This document shows positions 9,816 to 20,401 of a stretch of 64,000 nt of DNA, in pieces. The notes beneath the pieces are model-generated. The model did not search any database, was not told the DNA's origin, and saw only the letters and a list, made by a program, of their open reading frames with translations. Every line of letters starts with the position of its first letter. Positions within the stretch are counted from its first letter, which is position 1. The stretch is from Nitrospirota bacterium (GTDB lineage: Bacteria; Nitrospirota; Nitrospiria; SBBL01; JAADHI01): assembly GCA_029261155.1 (NCBI GenBank), contig JAJDBW010000024.1, positions 3,355-67,354 on the forward strand, read 5' to 3'. Position numbers and translations under genes: made by a program.

Positions 9816-11261
9816 TTAAGTCCTCGGGGGCGAGTTCATAAAACAGAGCCTGAAGCACGATCCCTGAGAAACCTTGCTCTCGACAGAAATCTCTCCGCCA
9901 TGGGCCTCTACAATTTTTTTCACAATCGAGAGGCCAAGGCCCGTTCCGCCGAGATCTCTTGATCGGCTGCGATCGGCGCGATAAAAACGTTCGAAGATGC
10001 GCGTCAAGTCGCGTTCCGGAATACCGATCCCATTATCTTCAATCTGTAGGACAACCGAACCTTCCCCGGCCTTCGCGCTAATCCGAATTTCCCCAGAGGC
10101 CTCGGTATACTTGATCGCATTGTCGAGGAGGTTCGTCAATACGACATTAAGCTTTTCAGGATCGGCCATCAGTGTGAGATCAGGGGGAACCGACAGGCTC
10201 ATGTGCTGTTTTTTCTGGTCGGCCCGAGGCTTAAACAACATCACAACCCGCTCAAGCGCATCTAAAAGATCGAGTTTAACCGGTCGCGCCCGATCGAGTC
10301 CGGATTCAATTCGCGAGAGTTGCAAGAGGTCCTCGACAATCCGCTCCATGCGCGTACTATTTTTTTGCAGAATCTGCAGAAAGGCGATCGCCTGTTTCTG
10401 ATCGGCAATGCCTCCATCGATGAGGGTTTCGATATAGCCCTTGATGATAGAAATCGGCGTCCGCAGTTCGTGAGAGATATTGGCCACAAAATCGGATTGA
10501 ATTTCCTCCTGCCGCTTCTTTTCGGTAATGTCGTGAAAAACCAGCACCACCGATCCGTGCTCAAAGGGTTGAGCCACGGAAGCCTGAACCTCCAATGCCT
10601 GCCTGTGCGGAATGTCGAGGCGAATTTCGCAAGCCCGAGGCTCGCCGCTTTCAATCACCGCATCAACTAAAGCATTGAGCGAATGATGCCGCAGTTTTTC
10701 GTAATGGTATCCTCCAATCATCTCGTTTCGACTTTGACCAAAAAGCTTCTCGAAGGCTGGATTCACCAGCACAATCCGCCCCAAATCATCGAGAACCAAA
10801 ACCCCCTCCACCATGTCAGAGAGAATCGAGAGGACCTTTAATCGCTCGTCCGAAAGAAATTGGATGCGAGATTCGAGGTGCTCGCTCATTTCGTTAAAAC
10901 ATTCTTCCAGGGGCTGGAAAATCTCCGATTCGAGGCGAAGCGGGTGTTCGAATTTTCCCTTTAAAATCTCTTCGATGGAGGCCGTCATATGAGAAATCGG
11001 TGCGACGATGCGCTTCGAGAAGGAAAGACCATAGAGGAGGGCGATAGAAACACTCGTGGCCGAAGCCGGAACAAAATAGAGAAAGAATAGGCCGAGATCC
11101 CGACCCAGATCGAAAAACCAAAAGGCGAGCCCTCCCATCAAAGAAACAAGCAATAGAGACAAAAATAGAAAGGGATAGATGAGACGCCATTTTATACGGG
11201 CAAAAGAAAGCCCGAATCGGCGAATGGCTTCTCTTGGCTTAGGGTTTGACGATTTCACCAT
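9816..11261 (-). CDS. phoR: PhoR-like sensor histidine kinase (TM-HAMP-PAS-HisKA-HATPase)
   Basis: Motifs DFVANISHELRTP, NLLDNAIKYT, RIFERFYRADRSRSRDLGGTGLGLSIVK. Lies downstream of an OmpR-family regulator. Confidence 0.8.
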   Translation of the reverse strand: MVKSSNPKPREAIRRFGLSFARIKWRLIYPFLFLSLLLVSLMGGLAFWFFDLGRDLGLFFLYFVPASATSVSIALLYGLSFSKRIVAPISHMTASIEEILKGKFEHPLRLESEIFQPLEECFNEMSEHLESRIQFLSDERLKVLSILSDMVEGVLVLDDLGRIVLVNPAFEKLFGQSRNEMIGGYHYEKLRHHSLNALVDAVIESGEPRACEIRLDIPHRQALEVQASVAQPFEHGSVVLVFHDITEKKRQEEIQSDFVANISHELRTPISIIKGYIETLIDGGIADQKQAIAFLQILQKNSTRMERIVEDLLQLSRIESGLDRARPVKLDLLDALERVVMLFKPRADQKKQHMSLSVPPDLTLMADPEKLNVVLTNLLDNAIKYTEASGEIRISAKAGEGSVVLQIEDNGIGIPERDLTRIFERFYRADRSRSRDLGGTGLGLSIVKKIVEAHGGEISVESKVSQGSCFRLCFMNSPPRT

Positions 11262-11352
11262 AACAAATACCCTGGACCCGTGCTTGATGATCCGCCAAGG
11301 CCCGTCCGGTTAAACAAGGGTCTTTCGATAAATCTTGTGAATCCATTCAGCC

Positions 11353-12045
11353 TTAAGGATCGAGCAGCTTATAACCCAGTGAGGGAAGCGTTTCGATCGC
11401 CGTGGCCAGGATTGGAATTTTCGTTCTCAAGCGACGGATGTGCACATCCACCGTTCGCGTCGTCCCATAATATTCATAGCCCCACACCGATTGGAGAAGG
11501 GCATCGCGGGTTAACACCTTTCCTTTGTTAATAATGAACTGAGCCAATAATGAGAATTCTTTTGCGCGTAAGACCACCGGAGACCCTTTGGCCCGAACTT
11601 CATGGCGATTCATGTCCAGCGTAATATCCCGATAGACATAAACGTGATCGCTTTCTTCGTGGGTCGTCCGCCTTAAAAGCGCTTTAACCCGTGCGACCAA
11701 CTCTTTCGGGGAAAAAGGCTTGGTCATATAATCGTCTGCCCCCAATTCCAAGCCAAGCACCTTATCGCTTTCGTCATCCAGCGCGGTCAGCAGGATGATG
11801 GGGAGCGCGACCGTCTTTGCATTCTTCCGGATTTGTCTGCAGACCTGAAGGCCGTTTCCGCCCGGCATCATAATATCGAGAATCATCAGGGCGATCTCGC
11901 CCCCGCTGAGCCCCCTTAAAGCCTCGTTTCCGCTAGACGCACAGACCGGCTCGAAACCCGCCTTTTTAAGATGATGGGCGATCAAACGAGTCAAATCGGG
12001 CTCGTCGTCAACCACCATGATTTTCTGAGACATGATCCCATCCAT
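11353..12045 (-). CDS. phoB: OmpR/PhoB-family response regulator
   Basis: Motifs VVDDE, LDIMMP, LGADDYMTKPFS, TRTVDVHIRRLR. The start may be 12033. Confidence 0.8.
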   Translation of the reverse strand: MDGIMSQKIMVVDDEPDLTRLIAHHLKKAGFEPVCASSGNEALRGLSGGEIALMILDIMMPGGNGLQVCRQIRKNAKTVALPIILLTALDDESDKVLGLELGADDYMTKPFSPKELVARVKALLRRTTHEESDHVYVYRDITLDMNRHEVRAKGSPVVLRAKEFSLLAQFIINKGKVLTRDALLQSVWGYEYYGTTRTVDVHIRRLRTKIPILATAIETLPSLGYKLLDP

Positions 12046-12177
12046 AAAAAAATGATCTTAGCATAGCCGCATTATGAGGAACAAATAACCGCAAATGAAT
12101 CGGAAAACGGCATCTCGATCATCTTGCGGCTTGGGACAATATATGCTACAAAATTAGAAAGACATGAAAATCGAAAA

Positions 12178-12687
12178 ATGAAAAAAGAAGAAGATCTTTT
12201 TTACGATCTGTTCGATTCACCCATCGGCCCCCTCTGGATAGTCTCTGTCCAAGCCGGCCTTGCCTACCTCCTCTGGCATCGGAGCGAAGCCGCGATGCGC
12301 GCTGAATTACGCGACCGCACCGGTCGCCACCCGAAAAAAAGCGCGCGTTACGCCAAACCATGGCGCTCAAGCTTAAAACGTTATTTTTCCGGCGAGCAAG
12401 TCGTTTTTCGAGAGGCCATCGCCTTCCTCGAAGGCACGCCCTTCCAACATGCAGTGTGGCAAAATCTTATGCACATCCCCTATGGAAAAGTCAGCACGTA
12501 TCGCTCAGTCTCCCAAAAACTAAACAAGCCGAGCGCCGCCCGCGCCGTAGGCAACGCCTGTGGAAAAAACCCGCTGCCCATCGTGGTGCCTTGTCACCGG
12601 GTCGTTCGGGAAGACGGCACCCTGGGGGGTTATACGGGAGGCATCGGCATTAAAACCCACTTGTTAAAAATTGAAGGCGTTCTATAG
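12178..12687 (+). CDS. ogt: Methylated-DNA--protein-cysteine methyltransferase
   Basis: Motifs GTPFQ-VW and ARAVGNAC-NP, active site PCHRV. Confidence 0.93.
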   Translation: MKKEEDLFYDLFDSPIGPLWIVSVQAGLAYLLWHRSEAAMRAELRDRTGRHPKKSARYAKPWRSSLKRYFSGEQVVFREAIAFLEGTPFQHAVWQNLMHIPYGKVSTYRSVSQKLNKPSAARAVGNACGKNPLPIVVPCHRVVREDGTLGGYTGGIGIKTHLLKIEGVL

Positions 12688-12747
12688 TCCCATTGACAGC
12701 AGATCCTATTCCCATCGTTCGCGCCGCATTACCGGAGGAAAAAAAAG

Positions 12748-14178
12748 ATGAGCCCATCCAACGCCAGCCGCAGTGTCACATTGAGGATCAGGTTTCCAAA
12801 TCAAATCGGGATGCTTGGAAAAATCACATCGGCCATCGGAAAAACCGGTGGCGATATCGAGGCCATCGATATCGCAAATGCCGACCGCGGCATGATTATT
12901 CGGGACATTACCGTCAAGACACGAGACGATGACCACCTCAAAGAGATTGAAACCGGGCTTAAAACCATCCCGGATGTGGAACTGGTTCACTTGTCCGATC
13001 GGACCTTTCTATTACACCTCGGCGGCAAGATCGCCATTCAAAACAAGGTGCCTTTAAAGACGCGGGACGACCTCTCCCGTGTTTATACGCCTGGCGTGGC
13101 ACAAATCTGCCTGGCCATCCACGAGAACAAAAGCAAGGCCTTTTCCCTGACGATTAAAAAGAACAGCGTCTTGATTGTCTCCGACGGCTCGGCCGTGCTG
13201 GGGCTGGGAAATATCGGGCCGGAAGCGGCGATGCCGGTAATGGAAGGTAAGGCCATGCTGTTTAAGGAGTTTGGCAAGATCGACGCCTATCCCATCTGCC
13301 TGAAAACGCAAGACAGCGACGAAATCGTGGAAACCATCGAACGGATTTCCACGGGCTTTGGCGGGGTGAATTTGGAAGACATCTCCTCGCCGCGCTGTTT
13401 CGAAATCGAGGCCCGGTTAAAAGAACGCCTCGACATCCCCGTCTTTCACGACGATCAGCACGGCACGGCCATCGTGGTACTGGGCGCGCTCTTAAACGCC
13501 GTCAAAGTCGTTAAAAAGGAAATCTCCGATTTAAAGGTGGTGATCAACGGCGTCGGCGCAGCGGGCGTGGCCATCGCCGAAATCCTTTTGGCCTCCGGCG
13601 TGCGGGAGATTACCGGCTGCGACCGGGAAGGGATCATTTACAAAGGCCGCGAAAAGGGGATGAACGACATTAAGCTGCAGTTCGCGGAAAAGACCAACGC
13701 AAAACAGGCGAAGGGGAATTTAAGCGCCGCGCTCGAAGGCGCCGATTTGTTCATCGGGGTCTCGTCCGCCGGGGTACTGACACAGGATGCCCTCAAAAAA
13801 ATGGCGCGCGATCCGATCGTGTTCGCCTTGGCCAATCCCACGCCGGAAATCATGCCGGAAGAAACCGTCGGCCTGGTCCGGGTCATGGCGACGGGGCGTT
13901 CGGACTACTCGAACCAAATCAACAATGTACTGGTCTTCCCGGGCATCTTCCGGGGCGCGCTCGATGTGAGGGCCTCCGTGATCAATACCGAAATGAAGCT
14001 GGCGGCCGCCCATGGCATCGCTTCGATTATTCCGGAAGAAGAACTTTCGGAAGATTACATTGTCCCTGGGGTCTTTAATAACCGGGTGGCTAAAATTGTA
14101 TCGCAGAAAGTGGCCGAAGCGGCCATCGCCACCGGCGTCGCCCGTCGAATCAAGAAAACCACGACCAGGCAACTCTGA
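12748..14178 (+). CDS. NAD(P)-dependent malic enzyme with N-terminal ACT domain
   Basis: Motifs YTPGVA, PVMEGKA, NLEDI, FHDDQHGTA, FALANPTPEI, ATGRSDY. Confidence 0.93.
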   Translation: MSPSNASRSVTLRIRFPNQIGMLGKITSAIGKTGGDIEAIDIANADRGMIIRDITVKTRDDDHLKEIETGLKTIPDVELVHLSDRTFLLHLGGKIAIQNKVPLKTRDDLSRVYTPGVAQICLAIHENKSKAFSLTIKKNSVLIVSDGSAVLGLGNIGPEAAMPVMEGKAMLFKEFGKIDAYPICLKTQDSDEIVETIERISTGFGGVNLEDISSPRCFEIEARLKERLDIPVFHDDQHGTAIVVLGALLNAVKVVKKEISDLKVVINGVGAAGVAIAEILLASGVREITGCDREGIIYKGREKGMNDIKLQFAEKTNAKQAKGNLSAALEGADLFIGVSSAGVLTQDALKKMARDPIVFALANPTPEIMPEETVGLVRVMATGRSDYSNQINNVLVFPGIFRGALDVRASVINTEMKLAAAHGIASIIPEEELSEDYIVPGVFNNRVAKIVSQKVAEAAIATGVARRIKKTTTRQL

Positions 14179-14202
14179 TCCCACAAACGCGCTGCGATTC
14201 GA

Positions 14203-15033
14203 TCAGGCCTTCTGTTTTTCTTCGCGCCGCCGCGGAATAAAAATCGAGAGTAATAAGACCACGGTCATCAGCAAGACGATTGTTGCCCCGGAAGGGATAT
14301 CAAGCCAGTAAGACAGGAGAACCCCCAACCAAGAAGAACTCACCCCAATCCCCGCCGAATAAAACATCATCTCGCGCATGGTATGGGCCCATTGCCGCGC
14401 CGCCGCCGCCGGAATCACCAAGAGGGCAAAGACCAGAATGGAACCCACCGCCTTTAGTGAAATCACCACCGTTAAGGCCAGGAGATAGAGAAAGACAAGC
14501 GACAAGCGCCGCGCCGGAATGCCGCTGGCCTCCGCCATATCCTGATCGAAGGCAATGAAGTGGAATTCCTTGAAAAAGAGAAAAAAGACCGTCAGGATGG
14601 CGGCGGAGAGCAGCAAAATCATGCGGAGATCGGCCGTGGTTACCGATAAGATGCTGCCGAATAGATAGCCATAGAGCTCGGGGCGATAGCCCTTCATTAA
14701 ACCGATAAAAAGAATGGCCAAGGCCATGGTGGCGGTATAAAAAATCCCGATGGATACATCGGGTTTCATGCGGCCTTTTTCTTGAACCAGACCGGTAATC
14801 CATACCGTCCCCAATCCGAAGAGCACCGCCATCAAAAAAGGATCGCTCCCGATGAGATAGGCCAGGGCCACTCCGGCAAAGGCCGCATGCGCCGTTCCGG
14901 CCCCGACGAAGGTGAGTCCTTTTAAAACGGCAAAGACGCCGATGAGCGAGCAAACCAAGCCAATGAAAAAAGAGGCAAGAAAGGCCCGTTGCATAAAGCC
15001 GTAGGACAGAATTTCAATGATGGTGTGTGTCAT
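14203..15033 (-). CDS. Zn/Mn ABC transporter permease (ZnuB/MntB family)
   Basis: Motifs FMQRAF, AHAAFAG, YLFGSILSV, PSGATIV. Confidence 0.9.
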   Translation of the reverse strand: MTHTIIEILSYGFMQRAFLASFFIGLVCSLIGVFAVLKGLTFVGAGTAHAAFAGVALAYLIGSDPFLMAVLFGLGTVWITGLVQEKGRMKPDVSIGIFYTATMALAILFIGLMKGYRPELYGYLFGSILSVTTADLRMILLLSAAILTVFFLFFKEFHFIAFDQDMAEASGIPARRLSLVFLYLLALTVVISLKAVGSILVFALLVIPAAAARQWAHTMREMMFYSAGIGVSSSWLGVLLSYWLDIPSGATIVLLMTVVLLLSIFIPRRREEKQKA

Positions 15034-15805
15034 GAACGATGGTGTAGGGCGTTCGCTCCCCCTCCGTAATAATGACCTCTTGCCCGTACACCGGCGCCAA
15101 GATCGCTTGGGTGAGAATCTCGGCAGGCGGGCCCTTGCCGTAGAGCCGCGTTTTCAAAAGGACGATGGTGTCAACGATAGGGCTAATGAGGTTGATGTCG
15201 TGCGTCACCAGCACAATGGTCAGGTGGTACTGCTGGTGAAGGCGACGGACGAGCTGAATCAAACGGTGCTGGGCCTCGGCATCGATACCCGTCGTCGGCT
15301 CGTCCATGAGAAGCACTTGCGGCTTTTGTGCAAGCGCACGCGCGATCAAGACCCGCTGCTGCTGCCCACCCGAAAGCTGACCAAAAGCATAGGATCGAAA
15401 ATCCGCCATCCCCACCGCTTCGAGGGCCTCTTCGACAATCTTACGATCCTCCGAGGACGGTCTTTTCAGAAGTCCGATCGCCCCGTAGCGGCCCATCATC
15501 GCCACTTCCCAGGCCGTAATTGGAAATTGGTCGTCGCTCCCTTCCATCTGGGGAAGATAACCGATCCGCGCCCGATGATGGCAACGCATATCTTCGCAGG
15601 CGCAGTCGAATATTTGAAGGGTCCCTTTCACCGGGACGATCAGACCCAGCAGGCCCTTTAATAGGGTCGTCTTTCCCGAACCGTTGGGCCCAATTACTCC
15701 CACAAATTCGCCTTCGGCGATGTCGAGGCTGATGTCTTCGAGCGCCAGCTTGCCATTAAAGGCGAAGCTCGCATTTTTAATTTGAATAATCGGACTCTGC
15801 GCCAC
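15014..15805 (-). CDS. Zn/Mn ABC transporter ATP-binding protein (ZnuC family)
   Basis: Motifs GPNGSGKTT, LSGGQQQR, MDEPTTG. His-rich C-terminus HDTHHH. Confidence 0.92.
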   Translation of the reverse strand: MAQSPIIQIKNASFAFNGKLALEDISLDIAEGEFVGVIGPNGSGKTTLLKGLLGLIVPVKGTLQIFDCACEDMRCHHRARIGYLPQMEGSDDQFPITAWEVAMMGRYGAIGLLKRPSSEDRKIVEEALEAVGMADFRSYAFGQLSGGQQQRVLIARALAQKPQVLLMDEPTTGIDAEAQHRLIQLVRRLHQQYHLTIVLVTHDINLISPIVDTIVLLKTRLYGKGPPAEILTQAILAPVYGQEVIITEGERTPYTIVHDTHHH

Positions 15806-16768
15806 TTAAGCCCCCCCCAAGGCTGCAACCAAGGTTTCGATATTGTAGCGGATGAGATCGAGATAATGTTCCGTCCCCGGAATCGCGCCCGGCAAGGGCG
15901 ACAGCGAAACGATGCGCACGCCCGTTTCCTGGGCCAAGATCTGGGGTATTTTTTGATTCAACTGCGGTTCCGACACGACGACCTTGATGCCTTCTTGTTT
16001 GATCAGCCGAATCAGTTGGCCCATCCGTTTCGGCGAAGGTTCGCTGCCGACCTGGCTCAAGATATTTCCTTTGATGACAAAACCGAAGCGCCGCGCAAAG
16101 TAGGGCCAAGCCGGGTGGTGGGTGATGATCGCCCTATCCTGAAGCCCATTCACCTTAGCCTGCAAGTTCTTTTGGAGGACGTCCAAGCGATCGATATAAG
16201 CCGCTGCGTTTTTCCGGTAATCCGCTTCGTGGATCGCATCCGCAGCGATGAGGCCCTTTGTGATGACGGCAATCATCATCTTCACATTTTCGGGGTCGAG
16301 CCAGATGTGTGGGTTGCCCTGTGCATGGTCGTCCCCGTGATCATCCGCATGGCCTTCGTCATCTTTTATTAAAGCCACGCCGTTGGAGGTCGTCACAATG
16401 GGCAGGTCGGGCCGGTTGGCGTTTTCGATCAGGGAAGCGGCCCAGATCTCTAAGCCCAATCCGATTTTGATTAAGAGATCGGCATTTTGAATCGAGAGGA
16501 TATCGCTCGGCTTTGGGCTGTAGGTATGTTCACTCTCGAAACCGGTAATCAGTGAAACAACCCGAACATGAGGCCCGCCCACCGCTTCCGTAAAATCCTT
16601 CAAAACGGGTAGCGTTGCCACCACGGCCAGAGGCTCTGCGGCTTGAGCGGCTCTCGGTAAAATTGTCCCGCAAAGAAGTGAGAAAACAATGAAAACGTGG
16701 GGTATTTTACTGGCAGTGAAAGGGAAAGACATCCAGGATAGATACATGATATAGGGGGAGATGCGCAA
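15806..16768 (-). CDS. Zn/Mn ABC transporter substrate-binding protein (ZnuA/TroA family)
   Basis: Metal-ligand motifs EHTYSP, GNPHIWLDP and HHPAW, plus a short His/Asp loop. Start uncertain. Confidence 0.9.
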   Translation of the reverse strand: MRISPYIMYLSWMSFPFTASKIPHVFIVFSLLCGTILPRAAQAAEPLAVVATLPVLKDFTEAVGGPHVRVVSLITGFESEHTYSPKPSDILSIQNADLLIKIGLGLEIWAASLIENANRPDLPIVTTSNGVALIKDDEGHADDHGDDHAQGNPHIWLDPENVKMMIAVITKGLIAADAIHEADYRKNAAAYIDRLDVLQKNLQAKVNGLQDRAIITHHPAWPYFARRFGFVIKGNILSQVGSEPSPKRMGQLIRLIKQEGIKVVVSEPQLNQKIPQILAQETGVRIVSLSPLPGAIPGTEHYLDLIRYNIETLVAALGGA

Positions 16769-16884
16769 GTCAATTCGATGGATGCTTAAGCGGTAAGACT
16801 TAAAATCACCCGAGCGGCGCCAAATCTTGCCCGGACCATCCCCAAAGTTCTCCTTCCGAATATTGTCGATCTCGAGAATTCCTT

Positions 16885-18420
16885 TCAGGGAAGCATCGGT
16901 CCAGAGGGCCTCGATATGGGATTCTTTTCTTCTAGGTTTTTGCGCCGTTGACGGGCGCCGCCGTATTCGAAAACCAGCCCGGCGAGCGCGGGCGAGCGTG
17001 TGGCCCGAAGGACGACAGCGCTTGCCCTCAGGGGACGCGTCGGACGGACTTCTTTAATCCGCGATAGAAAAGCGGCGAAGACGATAAAACGCCCAAGCGT
17101 CGAAATGAGGAAAATCGTATAAAAGGCATCGTGCGAACTGAAGTGCGGTCGACCGACGGCCAAGGCTGATTCGATAAAAGACACCAGCCATCCACCAAAA
17201 CTAATCCCTAAAAACACACCCAGGGCAGCCAAAACATTGTGGACAGCCAAATAGGTCACCCGCTTGCTCGCGGGCACCAAATCGTAAAGAAAATTGGCGG
17301 CGCTTAAATTAAATCCCGCCCAAAAAAAACCAGTCAAGGCCTGGATGACGATGAGATAGGCCAGGTTTTCCGAAAAAACCCAGGCCGCCGGTACAAAGGA
17401 GACAATGCAGCCCGTCACCACTAGAATCAGCCGGTTACCGAAGGCGTCCCCCAACCTGCCCCAACTATTAAAGGTGAGGAACTGTGCCAGCATGGAGGCG
17501 GCGATTACGGTCATAAAAGCGAAATAAGAAAACTGCAGGTCGCGTAAGAGATAGACTGCAAAATAGGGCGAGGCAATACCGACCATGCAGTTCATCAGCG
17601 CAATAAAGAGAGCGAATTTAAAAAAAGGCGATCCGGAGATGCGCTTCCAGCCTTCCTTTCCGAGCTTCCATTCGAGCGTGGCCACATGTCCCGGCGGGTC
17701 CACCATCCGAGAGAGGAAGTAAACGGAAACGAGGCGGGCGGCGATGGCGGCAATAAAAACCAGCGCATAGCCGGTAAGGGTTTCACCGCCTTGCTCGAAA
17801 TAATGGAGCAGGGCCCCCGCCCCGATCAAGGCAATAAAATGAGAGATACTCATCAAGCGGTTGCGGAGGGCGAAATAGCGTCCGCGTTGCTTTTCGTCAA
17901 CCAGGTCGCCCATGAGACTGCTCCACTGCGGGACCGCGAGATTGCCCACGGCAAAATAGAGGGTAAGGCAGAGGGTGAGCAAAAAAACGGCATAATCTGG
18001 AAAAACAAGCGGCAGGACGAAGAGCGGAATCCAAGACAGCGCCTGCAGCGAGACACCCATGAGGATAATCTGGCGGCGGCTGCCGACAATGTGTCCCAGC
18101 CAGGCGGAGAACAATTGGACAAAGGAACCGATTAGCGGCGGCAAGGCAGATAAGAAGCCCACCTGCTGAGTCGTCGCCTTTAAAAAGAGGGCGAAGGCGG
18201 AAAAATAGGTTTCCCCCGCCCCCATCATCACCGAATAGGCCACGCCATCCCGTACCGAGGAGCGGAGCGAATCCGCGATTTCCTTCTCACTCGGCCGGGT
18301 ACTCGCTCCCTTTTCTAGAGTATCGGCCTGTTTGTTCTCCAAAACACCCCCACATGCGACACAAAGCGGTTGGTCCCCGCCGAACTCAGAGCCCTTATTG
18401 GGCCGAGAGGCAGAATCCAA
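16885..18420 (-). CDS. MFS transporter
   Basis: About 12 TM segments; motifs S-RDG, W-SLMGDLV-RGRYF, WGRLGDAFGNR. The true start is probably downstream of 18420. Confidence 0.85.
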   Translation of the reverse strand: MDSASRPNKGSEFGGDQPLCVACGGVLENKQADTLEKGASTRPSEKEIADSLRSSVRDGVAYSVMMGAGETYFSAFALFLKATTQQVGFLSALPPLIGSFVQLFSAWLGHIVGSRRQIILMGVSLQALSWIPLFVLPLVFPDYAVFLLTLCLTLYFAVGNLAVPQWSSLMGDLVDEKQRGRYFALRNRLMSISHFIALIGAGALLHYFEQGGETLTGYALVFIAAIAARLVSVYFLSRMVDPPGHVATLEWKLGKEGWKRISGSPFFKFALFIALMNCMVGIASPYFAVYLLRDLQFSYFAFMTVIAASMLAQFLTFNSWGRLGDAFGNRLILVVTGCIVSFVPAAWVFSENLAYLIVIQALTGFFWAGFNLSAANFLYDLVPASKRVTYLAVHNVLAALGVFLGISFGGWLVSFIESALAVGRPHFSSHDAFYTIFLISTLGRFIVFAAFLSRIKEVRPTRPLRASAVVLRATRSPALAGLVFEYGGARQRRKNLEEKNPISRPSGPMLP

Positions 18421-18684
18421 CTAAAATTAATCTGAAAACCGAAAGAAGACAGTATGATCGTTAGGCTTTATTTTCCGGAAGGCTGAAGGCATTCTACGGT
18501 GGCAAAAAAATCTCTCTTCACTCTTGCAATCAGTCTAGCACCCTTTTGAGGAAGGCGCAGCGTGTTCTAGCATCATCCTATTCCAGTTACGGTTTTATAA
18601 ACAAGAGGGCGAGGCAAGCTCTGAGCCTAAAATTTAGATCTGCAAGCCAATCTGGGTTTTATGGTGTGATTTAAGCCTATCTTT

Positions 18685-19476
18685 TTATCCCTGGGCTTTC
18701 CAGGCGGACAGCGTACAGCGAAGGGCAAAGAGGGGCAGGAAGCTGTCGATGTCGTTTGAAACCGTGGTCATCACCTCGTTTGCAAGTACTGGGTCTTCGA
18801 AGCATTCGTAGGCATCCTCCAAAAATCCACCGCGCAGAAGCGGGTGATAGAGGAAAGCCGGTCCAGAACCGGTGGGGATTTCGAGCGGGTCTTCTTGAAC
18901 GACAATGTTTTCCATGCGCAGGGCTTCGAGCCATTCCTTGACTTCTTGGGCCGATGGACGCTCGGCAATATAGTCGGCCAGGGCCCGGCGCTCGCGGACC
19001 AGTTGCCGATCCGCCATTTCGCGGTCGATGCGCTGCCAGAGTGAATCGAAGGTGCCGAGGGAGGGAAAGGTCAGTACAATTTGCCCTCCGGGTTTGAGGT
19101 GAGCGATCAAGTTTTGGAGGGCCTCGAAGCGCTTGGGACGAAAGAACATAAAACTCAAGTTCCCGGTAATACGGTCGAATGACGGAAAATCGGGCGGCAA
19201 GGCCCGCACATCCATGCAGGCAAATGTAAGCCAAGGGAGGGCCTTGCCTTTGCGCGCCCGCGCACGTGCAATTTGACCGGGGCTGAGATCAATCCCCAAA
19301 ACTCGCCCACTCGGTCCGATTTGTTCAGCCAGATAAAAAGCCGGAATCCCCGCGCCACCGCAGGCCACATCGAGCAAGCTGAGTCCGGCTTGCACGTCTA
19401 ATTGCGACAGCAGGGACTCGGCGAAGGGCGTGGACCAGGGATCGTTAAAGGGGAGTGCCCAAGATTCATTCATCAT
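18685..19476 (-). CDS. Class I SAM-dependent methyltransferase
   Basis: Motif I LLDVACGG, then GIDLS and LKPGG. Confidence 0.85.
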   Translation of the reverse strand: MMNESWALPFNDPWSTPFAESLLSQLDVQAGLSLLDVACGGAGIPAFYLAEQIGPSGRVLGIDLSPGQIARARARKGKALPWLTFACMDVRALPPDFPSFDRITGNLSFMFFRPKRFEALQNLIAHLKPGGQIVLTFPSLGTFDSLWQRIDREMADRQLVRERRALADYIAERPSAQEVKEWLEALRMENIVVQEDPLEIPTGSGPAFLYHPLLRGGFLEDAYECFEDPVLANEVMTTVSNDIDSFLPLFALRCTLSAWKAQG

Positions 19477-19643
19477 GGAATCGGTCTATTTTTACGGTCC
19501 TCACTTTACCACTTAGAGCCATTCATCTTAGGAGATACATTGCACCCTTACAAGCCCCTATTTCGGATTCGTTGTAGATATATTACCGGCAACGTGCAAA
19601 GAAAAGGCGCTTGCGAACAGAAAATCAAACATCGAACAGGTCT

Positions 19644-19889
19644 TTAATGACTGAGTCCGCTCCCTTGAACACTGGATAAGGCATCCTCCCAGTCTTCCTT
19701 TTTCAAATTCTCGCTGACCTCAGCCACTCCCCTTGATAACCCGATAAACTCTTGATGCGATAAATGCAAGGTCGTCCTGCCAAAAAAAGAGAGTTGAACC
19801 CCGCCGCATTTGCACACGCGGATATCGATCTCTTTTTCTTTGGACTTTCCGCCACGATGCTTTTCATCCCAGGCATTGCCGTGTGTCAT
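19644..19889 (-). CDS. Small hypothetical protein with a CxCG motif (paralogue 2)
   Basis: GAGGAG RBS. Core VCKCGGVQLSFFGRTTLHLSHQEF resembles the upstream ORF. Confidence 0.7.
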   Translation of the reverse strand: MTHGNAWDEKHRGGKSKEKEIDIRVCKCGGVQLSFFGRTTLHLSHQEFIGLSRGVAEVSENLKKEDWEDALSSVQGSGLSH

Positions 19890-19995
19890 TTGATTCTCCT
19901 CTTCTTAAGGTTTCGATTAATTTGATGAACGCACGCGCCTCAGTTCTTTTGCCCAAGCCATGTGCCCCTTTGTTTCCCTGGCCGAATCAAAGGCC

Positions 19996-20283
19996 TCAGA
20001 AGCAAGGGCGGCGGCCCGCCAAAATCCCGAAGGCGAGCTTAAAGAGCCGCGCAGCGGCGTAAAATTGGGTTTCGGTCATATGGAGTGTGGTCGTGTCGAT
20101 TCGCACATGGTAGGTTCCGCAGCGGCAGAGGGAAATGTCTCCGTTCAATGTCGAAAGCAGCGCCTCCTTCTGACAATCATGCGTATTCTTCAATATACGT
20201 TTTATCATGCGCTTATCCGCCTTTAAAAGCGCGTCCATCTCATCCGTCTTTTTTCTCTCCCGAATACCCGCCTTGCTTCCCAT
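19996..20283 (-). CDS. Small hypothetical protein with a CxCG motif (paralogue 1)
   Basis: GAAGGGAG RBS before the ATG at 20283. Core LCRCGTYHVRIDTTTLHMTETQF. Confidence 0.7.
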   Translation of the reverse strand: MGSKAGIRERKKTDEMDALLKADKRMIKRILKNTHDCQKEALLSTLNGDISLCRCGTYHVRIDTTTLHMTETQFYAAARLFKLAFGILAGRRPCF

Positions 20284-20401
20284 AGCTCTTCTCCCTTCGT
20301 TTGCGCGATTTGCCCGCCACAAATAGAACGCGTGGCGATAGAGTGTTTGCTATGGGCTTCTAGGTGCTAAAAAACCTCGACCTCAAGCCGCTACCTTAAA
20401 T

